Of a DNA stretch of 64,000 nucleotides, positions 10,302 to 23,894 are shown piece after piece. Below the pieces are notes generated by a model that did not search any database, was not told where the DNA came from, and saw only the letters and a list, made by a program, of their open reading frames with translations. Location of the stretch: assembly GCA_964432825.1 (NCBI GenBank), contig CAYSOX010000003.1, forward strand, positions 10,682 to 74,681, read 5' to 3'. The position numbers were made by a program, and so were the translations under genes. The first letter of the stretch is position 1. Each line of letters starts with the position of its first letter. The DNA comes from an uncultured Lachnospiraceae bacterium. GTDB lineage: Bacteria > Bacillota > Clostridia > Christensenellales > UBA1242.

Positions 10302-10511
10302 TTATTTGTCTGCATCTTCTGGCATTTTGATTACTCCATCCCAGAATTCTTGTGCTGCAACACTTACAGGCTTAGCCTGACGATGTTCATTGAAGAAATC
10401 AACTCGAGAAATTGAAATTTCTTTAGCACGCTTAGCAACCAAAACGGATAAAGCATATTTATTCCCCGCTTTATCAATTAATTTATCTACTTGTGGTTGA
10501 TTTAATGACAT
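10302..10511 (-). CDS. rpoZ: RNA polymerase omega subunit
   Basis: NKYALSVLVAKRAKEI and KPVSVAAQE; ATG 10511 after AAGGAGA. Confidence 0.92.
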   Translation of the reverse strand: MSLNQPQVDKLIDKAGNKYALSVLVAKRAKEISISRVDFFNEHRQAKPVSVAAQEFWDGVIKMPEDADK

Positions 10512-10594
10512 AAAACAATATCTCCTTATCTTTACTTCATAAGTATAACACATTTTGAGCAGTTTTTACAACCAAATTTTATAATTATTTTTTA

Positions 10595-11476
10595 TTATTC
10601 AACATTTCTTATTTGTTCTTTTATTGACTCGACAATATTCTTTGCTTCAATAACCAAATTTGAAATATTTACACTACTAGCCTTAGACCCTGTCGTGTTT
10701 ACCTCTCTTGTCAATTCTTGAGTTAAAAATTCCAACTGCTTACCGCAAGGCAAATCTGCAACAATCAACTTTTTAAATTGAGCAATGTGAGAATTTAATC
10801 TAACCAATTCTTCACTAATATCGTATTTGTCAACAAAAAATGCGACTTCATTTAATAATTTGGATTCATCAATTTCAACTTCGCCCAAGGCTTCTTGTAT
10901 TCGTTTTGTTAATTTTTGTTTATATTCGTCTACCGCAAGAGGCACTTGTTTTTCTATATTTTTAACCACTTCTTCCAACGAATTAATTTTAGAGGTTAAA
11001 TCCCTTTGCAAATTTTCACCCTCAATTTTGCTCATTTCTAATAAATTATATACCGCATTTTGAGTTGCTTTTTCAAATAAAGCACTCGTTTCTTCATCAA
11101 ATTCAGCAATACGCGGAACAATCTTCATAACCTCATTAATTTTTAACAAATCGGTCGCATCCATCTCGCAAGGAAGCCCAAATCGTTTTGAAAGTGCAAA
11201 ACCTGCAAGACACACCTTTTCTGCCAAACTTTCATCTAAATTGATATCGTAATCCGACTCACCTGTTATTTGTGAAACTTTAATCCTGCACTCAACATTT
11301 CCTCGTGAAAGATTCTCTTTGATAACTGATTGAACAACATTTTCAAACCCTGAATAACTTCTTGGCATATTTGTTGTAATATCTAAAAATTTTCCGTTTA
11401 CACTTTTAACCTCTAGTTGAACACATAAATTATCATTACTTACAAAACTAGCACCAAAACCCGTCATACTTCTCAT
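10595..11476 (-). CDS. yicC: YicC/YloC family endoribonuclease
   Basis: MRSMTGFG, DISEELVRL, QELTREVNTTGSK, KEQIRNVE. Confidence 0.93.
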   Translation of the reverse strand: MRSMTGFGASFVSNDNLCVQLEVKSVNGKFLDITTNMPRSYSGFENVVQSVIKENLSRGNVECRIKVSQITGESDYDINLDESLAEKVCLAGFALSKRFGLPCEMDATDLLKINEVMKIVPRIAEFDEETSALFEKATQNAVYNLLEMSKIEGENLQRDLTSKINSLEEVVKNIEKQVPLAVDEYKQKLTKRIQEALGEVEIDESKLLNEVAFFVDKYDISEELVRLNSHIAQFKKLIVADLPCGKQLEFLTQELTREVNTTGSKASSVNISNLVIEAKNIVESIKEQIRNVE

Positions 11477-11495
11477 AAAACTTCACCCCTTAACC

Positions 11496-12926
11496 TTAAC
11501 TTAAATGCTTAAGTAAAAATTCATTAACCTTAGTTGAATTTGCTTGACCCTTTGTGGCCTTCATAACTTGCCCTACAAAGAACGCAAAAGCCTTTTTGTT
11601 TCCATTTTTATAATCTTGAACACATTTTTCGTTGTTTTTAATTATCTCCACAACTAAATTTTCTAAATCATCATCGTTGCTTTCTAATTTTAAGCCTTTT
11701 TCTTCTATGATTTGTTCGGTTGTAAAATCTGAGCCCCAAAGTTCCAACAAAATGGTTCTTGCCCCGGCTTGGCTAATTTCGTCATTTTCAAGTTTCATTA
11801 ACATTTTTGCAAACTCTTGAGGGTCAACAGGAATAGTCACCTCATCCATCAACTCTGCATTTATTTTCTTATTTATTTCGGAAATTATCCAGTTTGCAAT
11901 CTTTTTAGGCTTGTTATAATGCTTTGCAACTTCAAAGAAAAATTTATAAGTCTCTTCGCTTTTTGCTATTAAATTTGCATCATATTCATTTAAGCCATAT
12001 TCACTTACAAGCTTTTCTTTAATTTCTCGAGGGAGTGGTGGAATTGACGCCTTAATTTCTGCAATCATTTCATCCGTTAGTGTTGTTTGTGCGATATCTG
12101 GTTCAGGCATATATCTATAATCTTTTGCCCCTTCCTTACTTCTCATTGAAAAGTTTTCATTTTTTTCGTCATCCCAACGCCTTGTTTCTGGCAATATTTT
12201 TTCGCCATCATTAAGCAATTCGGTTTGACGCTTAATTTCATACCTTATTGCTCTTTCAATAGCCTTAAATGAGTTTATGTTTTTCATTTCAACTTTAACG
12301 CCATATTCACTTTGCCCTAAAGGTCGTAAACTTACATTTACATCACATCTTAACGACCCTTGTTCCATCTTTACATCCGAAACACCTGAGAACTTTGCAA
12401 GTTCTTTAAGGGTTTCAACATAGTTTATCGCCTCTTCAACACTTCGCATATCAGGTTCAGAAACAATTTCAATCAACGGAACACCACCACGGTTATAATC
12501 AACATAAGTTTCCCCCGTGAAACTAGAGTGAATCAACTTTCCAGCATCTTCTTCTAGATGGATTTGGTGAATTCTAATTTTCTTCAAATTACCCTTATTA
12601 TCTTGCACCTCAACAAAACCATTTCGACATATAGGTGTGGCATCTTGTGTTATTTGATAAGATTTTGAAAGGTCAGGATAAAAATAATGTTTTCTATCAA
12701 ACCCAAATTTTTTGGTGATTTCACAATTGGTAATAAGTCCCATAATTACAGCCTTTTTAACCGCCTCTTTATTAACCCTTGGAAGAGCCCCCGGAAGACC
12801 TATACAAACTGGACAACAATGGGAGTTTTGTTCGCCACCAAACTCATTTATGCATGAACAAAAAACTTTTGTTTTGGTATTTAACTCTATATGGGTTTCA
12901 AGCCCAATAACAACTTCGTATTCCAT
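11496..12926 (-). CDS. gatB: Asp/Glu-tRNA amidotransferase subunit B
   Basis: VIGLETH, YFYPDL, EEDAGK, LRCDVNVS. Confidence 0.97.
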   Translation of the reverse strand: MEYEVVIGLETHIELNTKTKVFCSCINEFGGEQNSHCCPVCIGLPGALPRVNKEAVKKAVIMGLITNCEITKKFGFDRKHYFYPDLSKSYQITQDATPICRNGFVEVQDNKGNLKKIRIHQIHLEEDAGKLIHSSFTGETYVDYNRGGVPLIEIVSEPDMRSVEEAINYVETLKELAKFSGVSDVKMEQGSLRCDVNVSLRPLGQSEYGVKVEMKNINSFKAIERAIRYEIKRQTELLNDGEKILPETRRWDDEKNENFSMRSKEGAKDYRYMPEPDIAQTTLTDEMIAEIKASIPPLPREIKEKLVSEYGLNEYDANLIAKSEETYKFFFEVAKHYNKPKKIANWIISEINKKINAELMDEVTIPVDPQEFAKMLMKLENDEISQAGARTILLELWGSDFTTEQIIEEKGLKLESNDDDLENLVVEIIKNNEKCVQDYKNGNKKAFAFFVGQVMKATKGQANSTKVNEFLLKHLS

Positions 12927-14365
12927 TAGTTTTCTCCTCTATTTTTCCTTTCATAAAATTCACTTAACGCATAAAGTGTAGACTCCTTCCAATGGTCGGC
13001 AATAAGTTGACAACCTATTGGCATACCATCACTATTTTTGCCCACTGGGAAAGAAATTGCAGGACTACCTACAATATTTACAGGTACGGTATAAATATCT
13101 GCAAGATACATATCAAGCGGTGTAGACTTTTCACCAAACTTAAATGCAACCGTTGGTGCAACAGGTGAAATTATTGCATCCACCTTTGAAAATGCATCAC
13201 TAAATTCCTTTTTTATAATGTTTCGAACTCTCTCTGCTTTTTTATAATAAGCATCATAATAAGACGCACTTAAAACAAAGTTGCCCATCATAATACGGCG
13301 TTTTACTTCCGCACCAAAGCCTTCTGTTCGGCTTTTATAATACATATCAATAAGACCGCTGTAATTTTTCGCACGAGTAGTATATTTAATACCATCAAAT
13401 CTTGAAAGGTTGCTTGCAGCCTCTGCCGAACTTAAAATGTAATATACCGCCAAACTTTTATCAATATTTGGAAGGCTAATATCTACAATTTCCGCACCAT
13501 TTTCTCTATAAAAATCTATAGTTTTTTGAATGGCTGATTTAACTTCATCATTCATCCCTAATGCAAAAAATTCTTTTGCAACACCTATTTTCATACCCTT
13601 AATGCTATCAACGAAACTTTCAGAAAACTTTTTATCTGTACGCAAGCTTGTAGTATCATCCATTTCATCGTATCCTGAAATTACATCCAATAAACTTGCA
13701 TTATCTTTTACATTTTGAGTAATAGGTCCAACTTGGTCTAGTGACGAACCAAAAGCAACAACTCCGTATCTTGAAACTCTTCCATAAGTAGGCTTTATAC
13801 CAACCACACCGCAAAAACTTGCAGGTTGACGAATAGACCCACCAGTATCTGTTCCTAAACTACAAGGAGCAAGCCCGCCCGAAACGACTGCAGCACTCCC
13901 ACTACTTGACCCACCAGTTACATAATCATTATTGATAGGGTTTAAAGTTTTTCCATAAGCACTATTTTCACCTGAGCCACCCATAGCAAACTCATCCATA
14001 TTTGCCTTACCAATTATTACAAATCCAGCATCTAATAATTTTTTTGTTACCGTTGCATTATAAGGTGCAACATAATTTTCTAAAAACTTTGATGCACAAG
14101 TAGTCTTTAATTCGGTTGTAGAAATATTATCTTTTAAGATAATTGGAACGCCTTCATACTCTCTTACCTTTCCACTTTTTACATTTTCATCACATTGCTT
14201 TGCATAGTTTAGTGCTTTTTCTCTATCAAAATAAAGCACCGCATTTAAATGTTTATTATCTTCAATTTTTGTTAAAAAAGCATCAACAACATCCACACTT
14301 TTGTATTCACCACTTTTAATTTTAGATGCTAAATCCAACATAGTTTCATCAATATATTTTTCCAT
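12926..14365 (-). CDS. gatA: Asp/Glu-tRNA amidotransferase subunit A
   Basis: NMDEFAMG, GGSSSGS, TDTGGSIRQPA. Confidence 0.97.
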   Translation of the reverse strand: MEKYIDETMLDLASKIKSGEYKSVDVVDAFLTKIEDNKHLNAVLYFDREKALNYAKQCDENVKSGKVREYEGVPIILKDNISTTELKTTCASKFLENYVAPYNATVTKKLLDAGFVIIGKANMDEFAMGGSGENSAYGKTLNPINNDYVTGGSSSGSAAVVSGGLAPCSLGTDTGGSIRQPASFCGVVGIKPTYGRVSRYGVVAFGSSLDQVGPITQNVKDNASLLDVISGYDEMDDTTSLRTDKKFSESFVDSIKGMKIGVAKEFFALGMNDEVKSAIQKTIDFYRENGAEIVDISLPNIDKSLAVYYILSSAEAASNLSRFDGIKYTTRAKNYSGLIDMYYKSRTEGFGAEVKRRIMMGNFVLSASYYDAYYKKAERVRNIIKKEFSDAFSKVDAIISPVAPTVAFKFGEKSTPLDMYLADIYTVPVNIVGSPAISFPVGKNSDGMPIGCQLIADHWKESTLYALSEFYERKNRGEN

Positions 14366-14374
14366 ATCGCACTC

Positions 14375-14656
14375 CTACTCAACAACCTTTGGCACAATAA
14401 AAGAACTATCATTATGCACTGGTGCATTTTTCACAACATCAGACTTAGAAAGCCCTAATCTCGCTTCATCCTCTCTTAAGTGACCCTCTTGTTTTTTTAT
14501 TTCGGCATCGCCTTCTACACTATTTAAAATATCGCAATAACCTACTATCATATTTAAATCTTCTTGAATTTTAACCTTTTCGGCTTCTGAAAATTCAATT
14601 CGGCTAAGTTTTGCGATATGTTCAACATCTTCACTTGTTACAATTTCTTTTTCCAT
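14375..14656 (-). CDS. gatC: Asp/Glu-tRNA amidotransferase subunit C
   Basis: VEHIAKLSRI, LRED, FIVPKVVE; upstream of gatA. Confidence 0.93.
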   Translation of the reverse strand: MEKEIVTSEDVEHIAKLSRIEFSEAEKVKIQEDLNMIVGYCDILNSVEGDAEIKKQEGHLREDEARLGLSKSDVVKNAPVHNDSSFIVPKVVE

Positions 14657-14718
14657 AACTATTTTCCTTTTTTATAAATCCATAATTTTTAAGTTCTATT
14701 TATAGCCAAAACATTAAA

Positions 14719-14924
14719 CTAAGAATTATTTTCTGCTACATCTAAATATTTTTTACAATCCAAAACCTCAACAATCTCAGCAGTGCCTTTAAAAAAATAT
14801 TCTTTTACAACAGCTTTTTCATCTCCCTGCCAAAATCTTTTTAGTAAAGGAATTTATGAAACTTTTTATTTATGTCGTTTGCCTGCACAATTAAGTACAT
14901 TTCTCTGTTTTCAACTTGTTCCAT
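14719..14924 (-). pseudogene. Frameshifted small gene (68 aa if one base is restored)
   Basis: AAGGAG + ATG 14924 gives MEQVENREMYLIVQANDINKKFHK; the -1 frame continues IPLLKRFWQGDEKAVVKEYFFKGTAEIVEVLDCKKYLDVAENNS*. Confidence 0.55.
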
Positions 14925-14988
14925 CTTGCATCTCCTTTTGTCTTAAAAATTTTTAACTAATAATTTTGAAGATGCTATAATTATACTA

Positions 14989-19259
<4,271 letters not shown>

Positions 19260-19304
19260 CTTTAACTCCAAAGGTAAAAATTTTACCTTTGTATTGTATC
19301 ACAT

Positions 19305-19709
19305 TTAGTTTTCTTTATCAACATTTTTAGACGCCATTTCCAACTCTCTGCGTGACCTTTTTATTAAAATATATAAAGACATTGCAGAAATAAAACTTTT
19401 AACACGAGTTTCTCTAAATGCTGTTTTTATCAAATAATTTGGATAAACTATATCTGGATTATTTAAACAATTAATTCCAGCAGTTGCAATGGTGTCACGC
19501 ATTGCTTTTTCTAAAAAACCGCTAGTTACATTATACTCTTCTGCAACCTCATTAATTATACTTTTTGAAAGATGCCTAATGGCATTTTTATTTTCTATTT
19601 GTTTTTCTATGCACGATATAATCATAGGAAAGCCTTTTTGCGACACATTAAACGGAAACTCCATAAGTGTTTCAACTATTTCATATCTACATTCAGTGCT
19701 TTGTTTCAT
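19305..19709 (-). CDS. spo0A: Spo0A C-terminal DNA-binding-domain-only protein (no receiver domain)
   Basis: Directly downstream of spoIVB; KGFPMI...VAEEYNVTSGFLEKAMRDTI aligns by eye with Spo0A KGYLYL...IAKKFNTTASRVERAIRHAI; ATG 19709 after AGAAGGGG. Confidence 0.75.
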   Translation of the reverse strand: MKQSTECRYEIVETLMEFPFNVSQKGFPMIISCIEKQIENKNAIRHLSKSIINEVAEEYNVTSGFLEKAMRDTIATAGINCLNNPDIVYPNYLIKTAFRETRVKSFISAMSLYILIKRSRRELEMASKNVDKEN

Positions 19710-19874
19710 ATTGTACAAACCCCTTCTTCTCGAAATTTTAATCCTTTAATTAGGATTAATTAATTAAAGTTTATCACCATTTTTGTTATATGTCTACTAA
19801 AATTAGCGGTTTTTAAAATTTTCTTAAAATTTTTGCAATTTTATATTTGAAACATTTGAACGATTAAAACATAT

Positions 19875-19948
19875 TGTCGAAAAAGGCACAAAAATGTAAT
19901 TGTTATATATTTATAACAAAATTGTATTTAATTATCTATAATTCGTCA
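19875..19948. promoter_or_regulatory. Two 0A boxes upstream of the spo0A-like gene
   Basis: TGTCGAA at 19875-19881 (+) and TGACGAA at 19942-19948 (-) match TGNCGAA. Confidence 0.6.
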
Positions 19949-19972
19949 TTTTTCTATTTGTTTTTTATTTTT

Positions 19973-21094
19973 TTAAAGCGATATAAATTCAGCAAATCCC
20001 TTTGTTGGGTCGTTTATAAATACATGGGTAACACAACCAATAAGTTTACCATTTTGAACCACCGGACTACCACTCATTCCTTGAACAATACCATTTGTTT
20101 TGTTTAATAGCTTTTCGTCTGTTATTCGTATTACCATACATCTGTTACCCGAACTATTTATATGGTTTGTCTTAATTATTTCAATTGAATACTCTGAAGG
20201 TGTCGTGCCGTCAACCGATGAAATTATACTAGCCTTACCCGTTTTCACCTCCGACCGATTTGCAACCTCCACAAGTTCTGAATCACAATATTTTTTAGAT
20301 TCTTCAACCGAGTTAAAAACTCCTTTTATTCCATTTTTTGAATTTTCGGTTATAACACCTATTTTATTGTTATTTTTTAAGAACAATCCTTTTAATTCAC
20401 CCGGAGTTCCACGAGTCCCCTTTTTAACACCAACAATTGAACACTTATAAATACTTCCATTTCCCACTGGCATAATTGTACTAGTATCCGCGTCCGACAC
20501 AGGATGACCAAGTGCACTAAAAAGCCCGTTATCCGTAACATAAGTGATTGTTCCAACCCCCACCGAAGAATCTCTTACCCAAACCCCAATCCTATAAGAC
20601 AATGCCAAATCGTCTTTGATAGGTTTTACTGGAATAATCTTATGCTCACCATTACGAATAATTTCAATATTGCATACTGCCCCCGACTTAGAATTAACTA
20701 TATCAATCAATCGTTCGCCACTATAAGTCACTTCGCCTTCTGCCTTTATTATTATATCTCCCTCCCTAATTCCTGCAACTTTACAAGGGGAATCAACAAA
20801 TTCTCCATTGTATTTAATGTCACCCAAACTTACAACCACCAATCCTCCACCATCAATAGAAAAGCCTACCGGCCTCCCACTTATATGAACATAAACCGGC
20901 TCTACGCTTGCCGTTTCTTCAAAAGTAACGCTTGTTGGTGATAATATTTGAATAAATTTATTAAAGATATCTGGACAATTTGCAACGGCTTTGGTTTGCG
21001 AAAAAGAAAAATCTGCACCAATAACTGAACATACAATTATAGCGACAAAACAAATGATTATAATATTAAATTTTGACAAAATTTTTTTAAACAT
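19973..21094 (-). CDS. spoIVB: SpoIVB peptidase (S55)
   Basis: PDZ domain, GVWVRDS, ALGH, GIVQGMSGSP, THVF. Confidence 0.96.
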   Translation of the reverse strand: MFKKILSKFNIIIICFVAIIVCSVIGADFSFSQTKAVANCPDIFNKFIQILSPTSVTFEETASVEPVYVHISGRPVGFSIDGGGLVVVSLGDIKYNGEFVDSPCKVAGIREGDIIIKAEGEVTYSGERLIDIVNSKSGAVCNIEIIRNGEHKIIPVKPIKDDLALSYRIGVWVRDSSVGVGTITYVTDNGLFSALGHPVSDADTSTIMPVGNGSIYKCSIVGVKKGTRGTPGELKGLFLKNNNKIGVITENSKNGIKGVFNSVEESKKYCDSELVEVANRSEVKTGKASIISSVDGTTPSEYSIEIIKTNHINSSGNRCMVIRITDEKLLNKTNGIVQGMSGSPVVQNGKLIGCVTHVFINDPTKGFAEFISL

Positions 21095-21097
21095 AAA

Positions 21098-21122
21098 AAC
21101 CCTATAATTATCTTATAGGGTT
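21098..21122 (-). terminator. Hairpin plus U-tract covering the spoIVB ribosome-binding site
   Basis: AACCCTATAA-GATAA-TTATAGGGTT then TTT-ATG. Confidence 0.6.
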
Positions 21123-21150
21123 AGTTTCTTTTATTGAATAACTTTTATAC
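21122..21150 (-). promoter_or_regulatory. sigmaF/G-like promoter of spoIVB
   Basis: GTATA-N15-AAGAAACTA compared with the sigmaF consensus GYATA-N15-GGNRARHTR. Confidence 0.5.
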
Positions 21151-21168
21151 AAACTTACATTAAATTAA

Positions 21169-21387
21169 TTAATCGTCTAATGTCGAAAACTTTTGCTCAG
21201 AAAGTGAATCTAAATCTTTCTTTAATATTGTAATTTTGCCGACAGCATCATTAATTTGACCTTGTGTATTTTTTATTATTGATACACCTTCTTCAAACAT
21301 CTTTATAGCCTCGTCAATTGATGTTTTATCATTTTCTATTTTTTCAACAATTTCTTCTAGTTTTTTTAATTGTTTTTCTATTTCCAT
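21169..21387 (-). CDS. xseB: Exodeoxyribonuclease VII small subunit
   Basis: LEEIVEKIE...SIDEAIKMFEEG; follows xseA. Confidence 0.93.
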   Translation of the reverse strand: MEIEKQLKKLEEIVEKIENDKTSIDEAIKMFEEGVSIIKNTQGQINDAVGKITILKKDLDSLSEQKFSTLDD

Positions 21388-21391
21388 ATTT

Positions 21392-22579
21392 TTACCTCAC
21401 ATTAATTTTTTCGACAACCGAAACAACTTCACCATCTTTAAAAACGGTGGTCATTTTATCACCCGCTTTAACCATTGATGCACTCGTAAGCAACGACCCT
21501 TCCGCCTTAGAAAATGTGTATCCTCTATTTAAAATTTCAACTGGGTTAGAATTGCTAAGTTTTGAAGATAAAATCTTCATTTTATTTATCCTTTCATTTA
21601 ATAAAAAATTAATAGCATTTGAAATTTTCAACTTGTTAACATCCAAACCGTTCAACACGCCATTTAATTTTTTCGAAAGTTCATCGGATAATGATTTTCC
21701 TAAAACCTTCAAATCTTTGCAATTGGAATTCATTTTTACTGAATATTCGCCAAATTTTAATAAAAGTACATTTTTCATTTCATTAAGCACTTGGTTTTCA
21801 TCAAAAAATACAATTTCACTTGCAATACTTGGAGTTCCTGCACGAACATCGGCAACATAGTCAATAATTGACCAATCATTTTCGTGACCTATTGCACTTA
21901 CAATTGGAGTCTCACATTGATAAACCGCCCTTGCAACTTTTTCAGTATTAAACGGCTGATAATCCTCAAATGAGCCTCCGCCTCTTGCTACTATGATACA
22001 ATCAACATCACTCATACCATCTAAATATTTAATTGCCTTAACTATTTCACCATCTGCACCCACACCCTGAACTTTGACGGGATACAAAACCAAACTGCTA
22101 CAATGATTTTTCTCTGACTTGACGCGTATTATATCCCTAATTACCGCACCAGTCTCACTAGTTACAACGCCAACTTTTTGAACAAATTTAGGCAATGGTT
22201 TTTTCTTGGATACATCAAACAAACCTTCTTTTTCAAGGTTTTTCTTTAATTCTAAAAACTCTTTATATAATTCACCAACACCATATTTTTCAATTTTTGA
22301 AACTATAAAACTGAGTTTACCCGTCTTCGCGTAATAATTTAACTTTCCAGTAACAGCAACTTTGTCACCAAAAACAAAACCATTTAAAATAAATTGGTCA
22401 AAACATACACAAGGTAGTGTCGCGTTGTCATCTTTTATATCAAAATAAATTGCACGCGAAGATGGTTTCAAATTGGTTATTTCACCACAAACACTAACAC
22501 CTATAAGCAACTCTTCATTATCAAATATATTTTTTATATAATTGCTTATTTGTGTAACCGTCAATTTCATATTAGCCAT
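21392..22579 (-). CDS. xseA: Exodeoxyribonuclease VII large subunit
   Basis: GEITN, VTSETGAVIRD, ARGGGSFED, SAIGHE. Confidence 0.95.
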   Translation of the reverse strand: MANMKLTVTQISNYIKNIFDNEELLIGVSVCGEITNLKPSSRAIYFDIKDDNATLPCVCFDQFILNGFVFGDKVAVTGKLNYYAKTGKLSFIVSKIEKYGVGELYKEFLELKKNLEKEGLFDVSKKKPLPKFVQKVGVVTSETGAVIRDIIRVKSEKNHCSSLVLYPVKVQGVGADGEIVKAIKYLDGMSDVDCIIVARGGGSFEDYQPFNTEKVARAVYQCETPIVSAIGHENDWSIIDYVADVRAGTPSIASEIVFFDENQVLNEMKNVLLLKFGEYSVKMNSNCKDLKVLGKSLSDELSKKLNGVLNGLDVNKLKISNAINFLLNERINKMKILSSKLSNSNPVEILNRGYTFSKAEGSLLTSASMVKAGDKMTTVFKDGEVVSVVEKINVR

Positions 22580-22967
22580 TGCTCTTACCTACAAAATTAG
22601 CGAGAACTCCATTTATAAATCCTGAACTTTTATCTGTCGAGTAAACCTTTGCAAGGTTTAAAACTTCATTAATACTTACCGCATTAGGAATTTCTGGCAT
22701 ATATTTAATTTCATATAAAGCAACTAATAAAAGTGCCAAGTCTACCTTAAACATTCTATCCAATGTAAAAGATTTTGAAAATTTTTCTAACTCAAGTTTA
22801 AGTTCTTCAAAATGCTCAATCACTCCATAATAAACTTTTTCTATATAATCTTTTTCAACGCCTTTCTTTTCAATTACTTCTTGCAAGGTAAACTCGTTTG
22901 CTTCACCATTCATACAATATTCAAATATTAACTTAAAAACCTCTTCTCTACTAACTACTCTACTCAT
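22572..22967 (-). CDS. nusB: Transcription antitermination factor NusB
   Basis: VSINE, GFINGVL. Confidence 0.93.
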   Translation of the reverse strand: MSRVVSREEVFKLIFEYCMNGEANEFTLQEVIEKKGVEKDYIEKVYYGVIEHFEELKLELEKFSKSFTLDRMFKVDLALLLVALYEIKYMPEIPNAVSINEVLNLAKVYSTDKSSGFINGVLANFVGKSNG

Positions 22968-22978
22968 TTTATTCTCCT

Positions 22979-23839
22979 TTATCTTGTATTTGACGCCTCT
23001 TCTTGTGTTTCTACACTCGCCTCCTCATAAGACTCGTGTTCGCCTAAAATTTCACTTATGCCACTTGTGTCAACTCTTTTGTTTTCACGAACCCGCGGTT
23101 TTTGTTGCGAGTTTTGTTCTTTTGTTTGAGAAACGGGCTTTTTAGGGGTCTCTTTTTTATCTGCACCCCCCTTGGATTTTCCGCCCTTTTTATCGCCTTT
23201 AACCTTTTTACCCATGACAATCTTTTTTTTCGCACCGCTCTTTTTTTCTTTTTTAGCAGTGTCACTAATTTTGGTTTTTTCAATTTTTTGAACTTCTGTT
23301 TTTTTTGTTTCTTGAGTTTTAGGTAAAACAAGTTTTTTGAACTTTATCTTGTCCAAATCTTTAGTTTTAAATGTTTCCACCAAATGCTTTATTACAGCCA
23401 CAAAAGGAATTTCATTTCCATCTTTATCAAACTGTGGCATAATACCCAAAAGTTCATAAACTGACTGCTCAAGTTTTCCATCCTTTGTAAGGATTGTTAA
23501 TATACCGATAAACTCATCCGGTGTTTGCAATTTACCATCTTTACCATAACGAGGCTTTATTCCGTTGTCTTTATAAAACTTTAAAATTGCCCCCTCTCTC
23601 AATGTCTGCAAAAGGTTATATTTTTCTATTTCGCTTCTAACTTCTTTTTCTAATTTATTAATATAATTTAGCAATAATTGTCCTATTACTGCCACTGGTA
23701 TTTCTAGAAAGAAAAATATCCAACTTGCAAAACTTTCAAACGAAAAACCATTAATCAAAAAAACAACTACTCCAACACCTAAACTACAATAGGTGCAAAT
23801 AAGCATTGCAACCAATAACCCCTTCATTTGATTTGTCAT
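22979..23839 (-). CDS. Hypothetical membrane protein with three short internal repeats and a Lys-rich tail
   Basis: Two TM helices, GI-x5-KDG three times, charged C-terminus; GGAGG RBS. Confidence 0.75.
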   Translation of the reverse strand: MTNQMKGLLVAMLICTYCSLGVGVVVFLINGFSFESFASWIFFFLEIPVAVIGQLLLNYINKLEKEVRSEIEKYNLLQTLREGAILKFYKDNGIKPRYGKDGKLQTPDEFIGILTILTKDGKLEQSVYELLGIMPQFDKDGNEIPFVAVIKHLVETFKTKDLDKIKFKKLVLPKTQETKKTEVQKIEKTKISDTAKKEKKSGAKKKIVMGKKVKGDKKGGKSKGGADKKETPKKPVSQTKEQNSQQKPRVRENKRVDTSGISEILGEHESYEEASVETQEEASNTR

Positions 23840-23868
23840 AAGTTTTCCTCCAGCAAAATATCAACCCT

Positions 23869-23887
23869 AATATTTTAGGGCTGATAT
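23869..23887 (-). terminator. Hairpin after asp23
   Basis: ATATCAGCCCTAA...TTAGGGTTGATAT followed by TTT on the minus strand (coordinates approximate). Confidence 0.5.
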
Positions 23888-23894
23888 CTACTAA

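Noticed and set aside
14660-14985. T-box upstream of gatCAB
   Set aside because: No T-box consensus; the region is better explained by a frameshifted ORF
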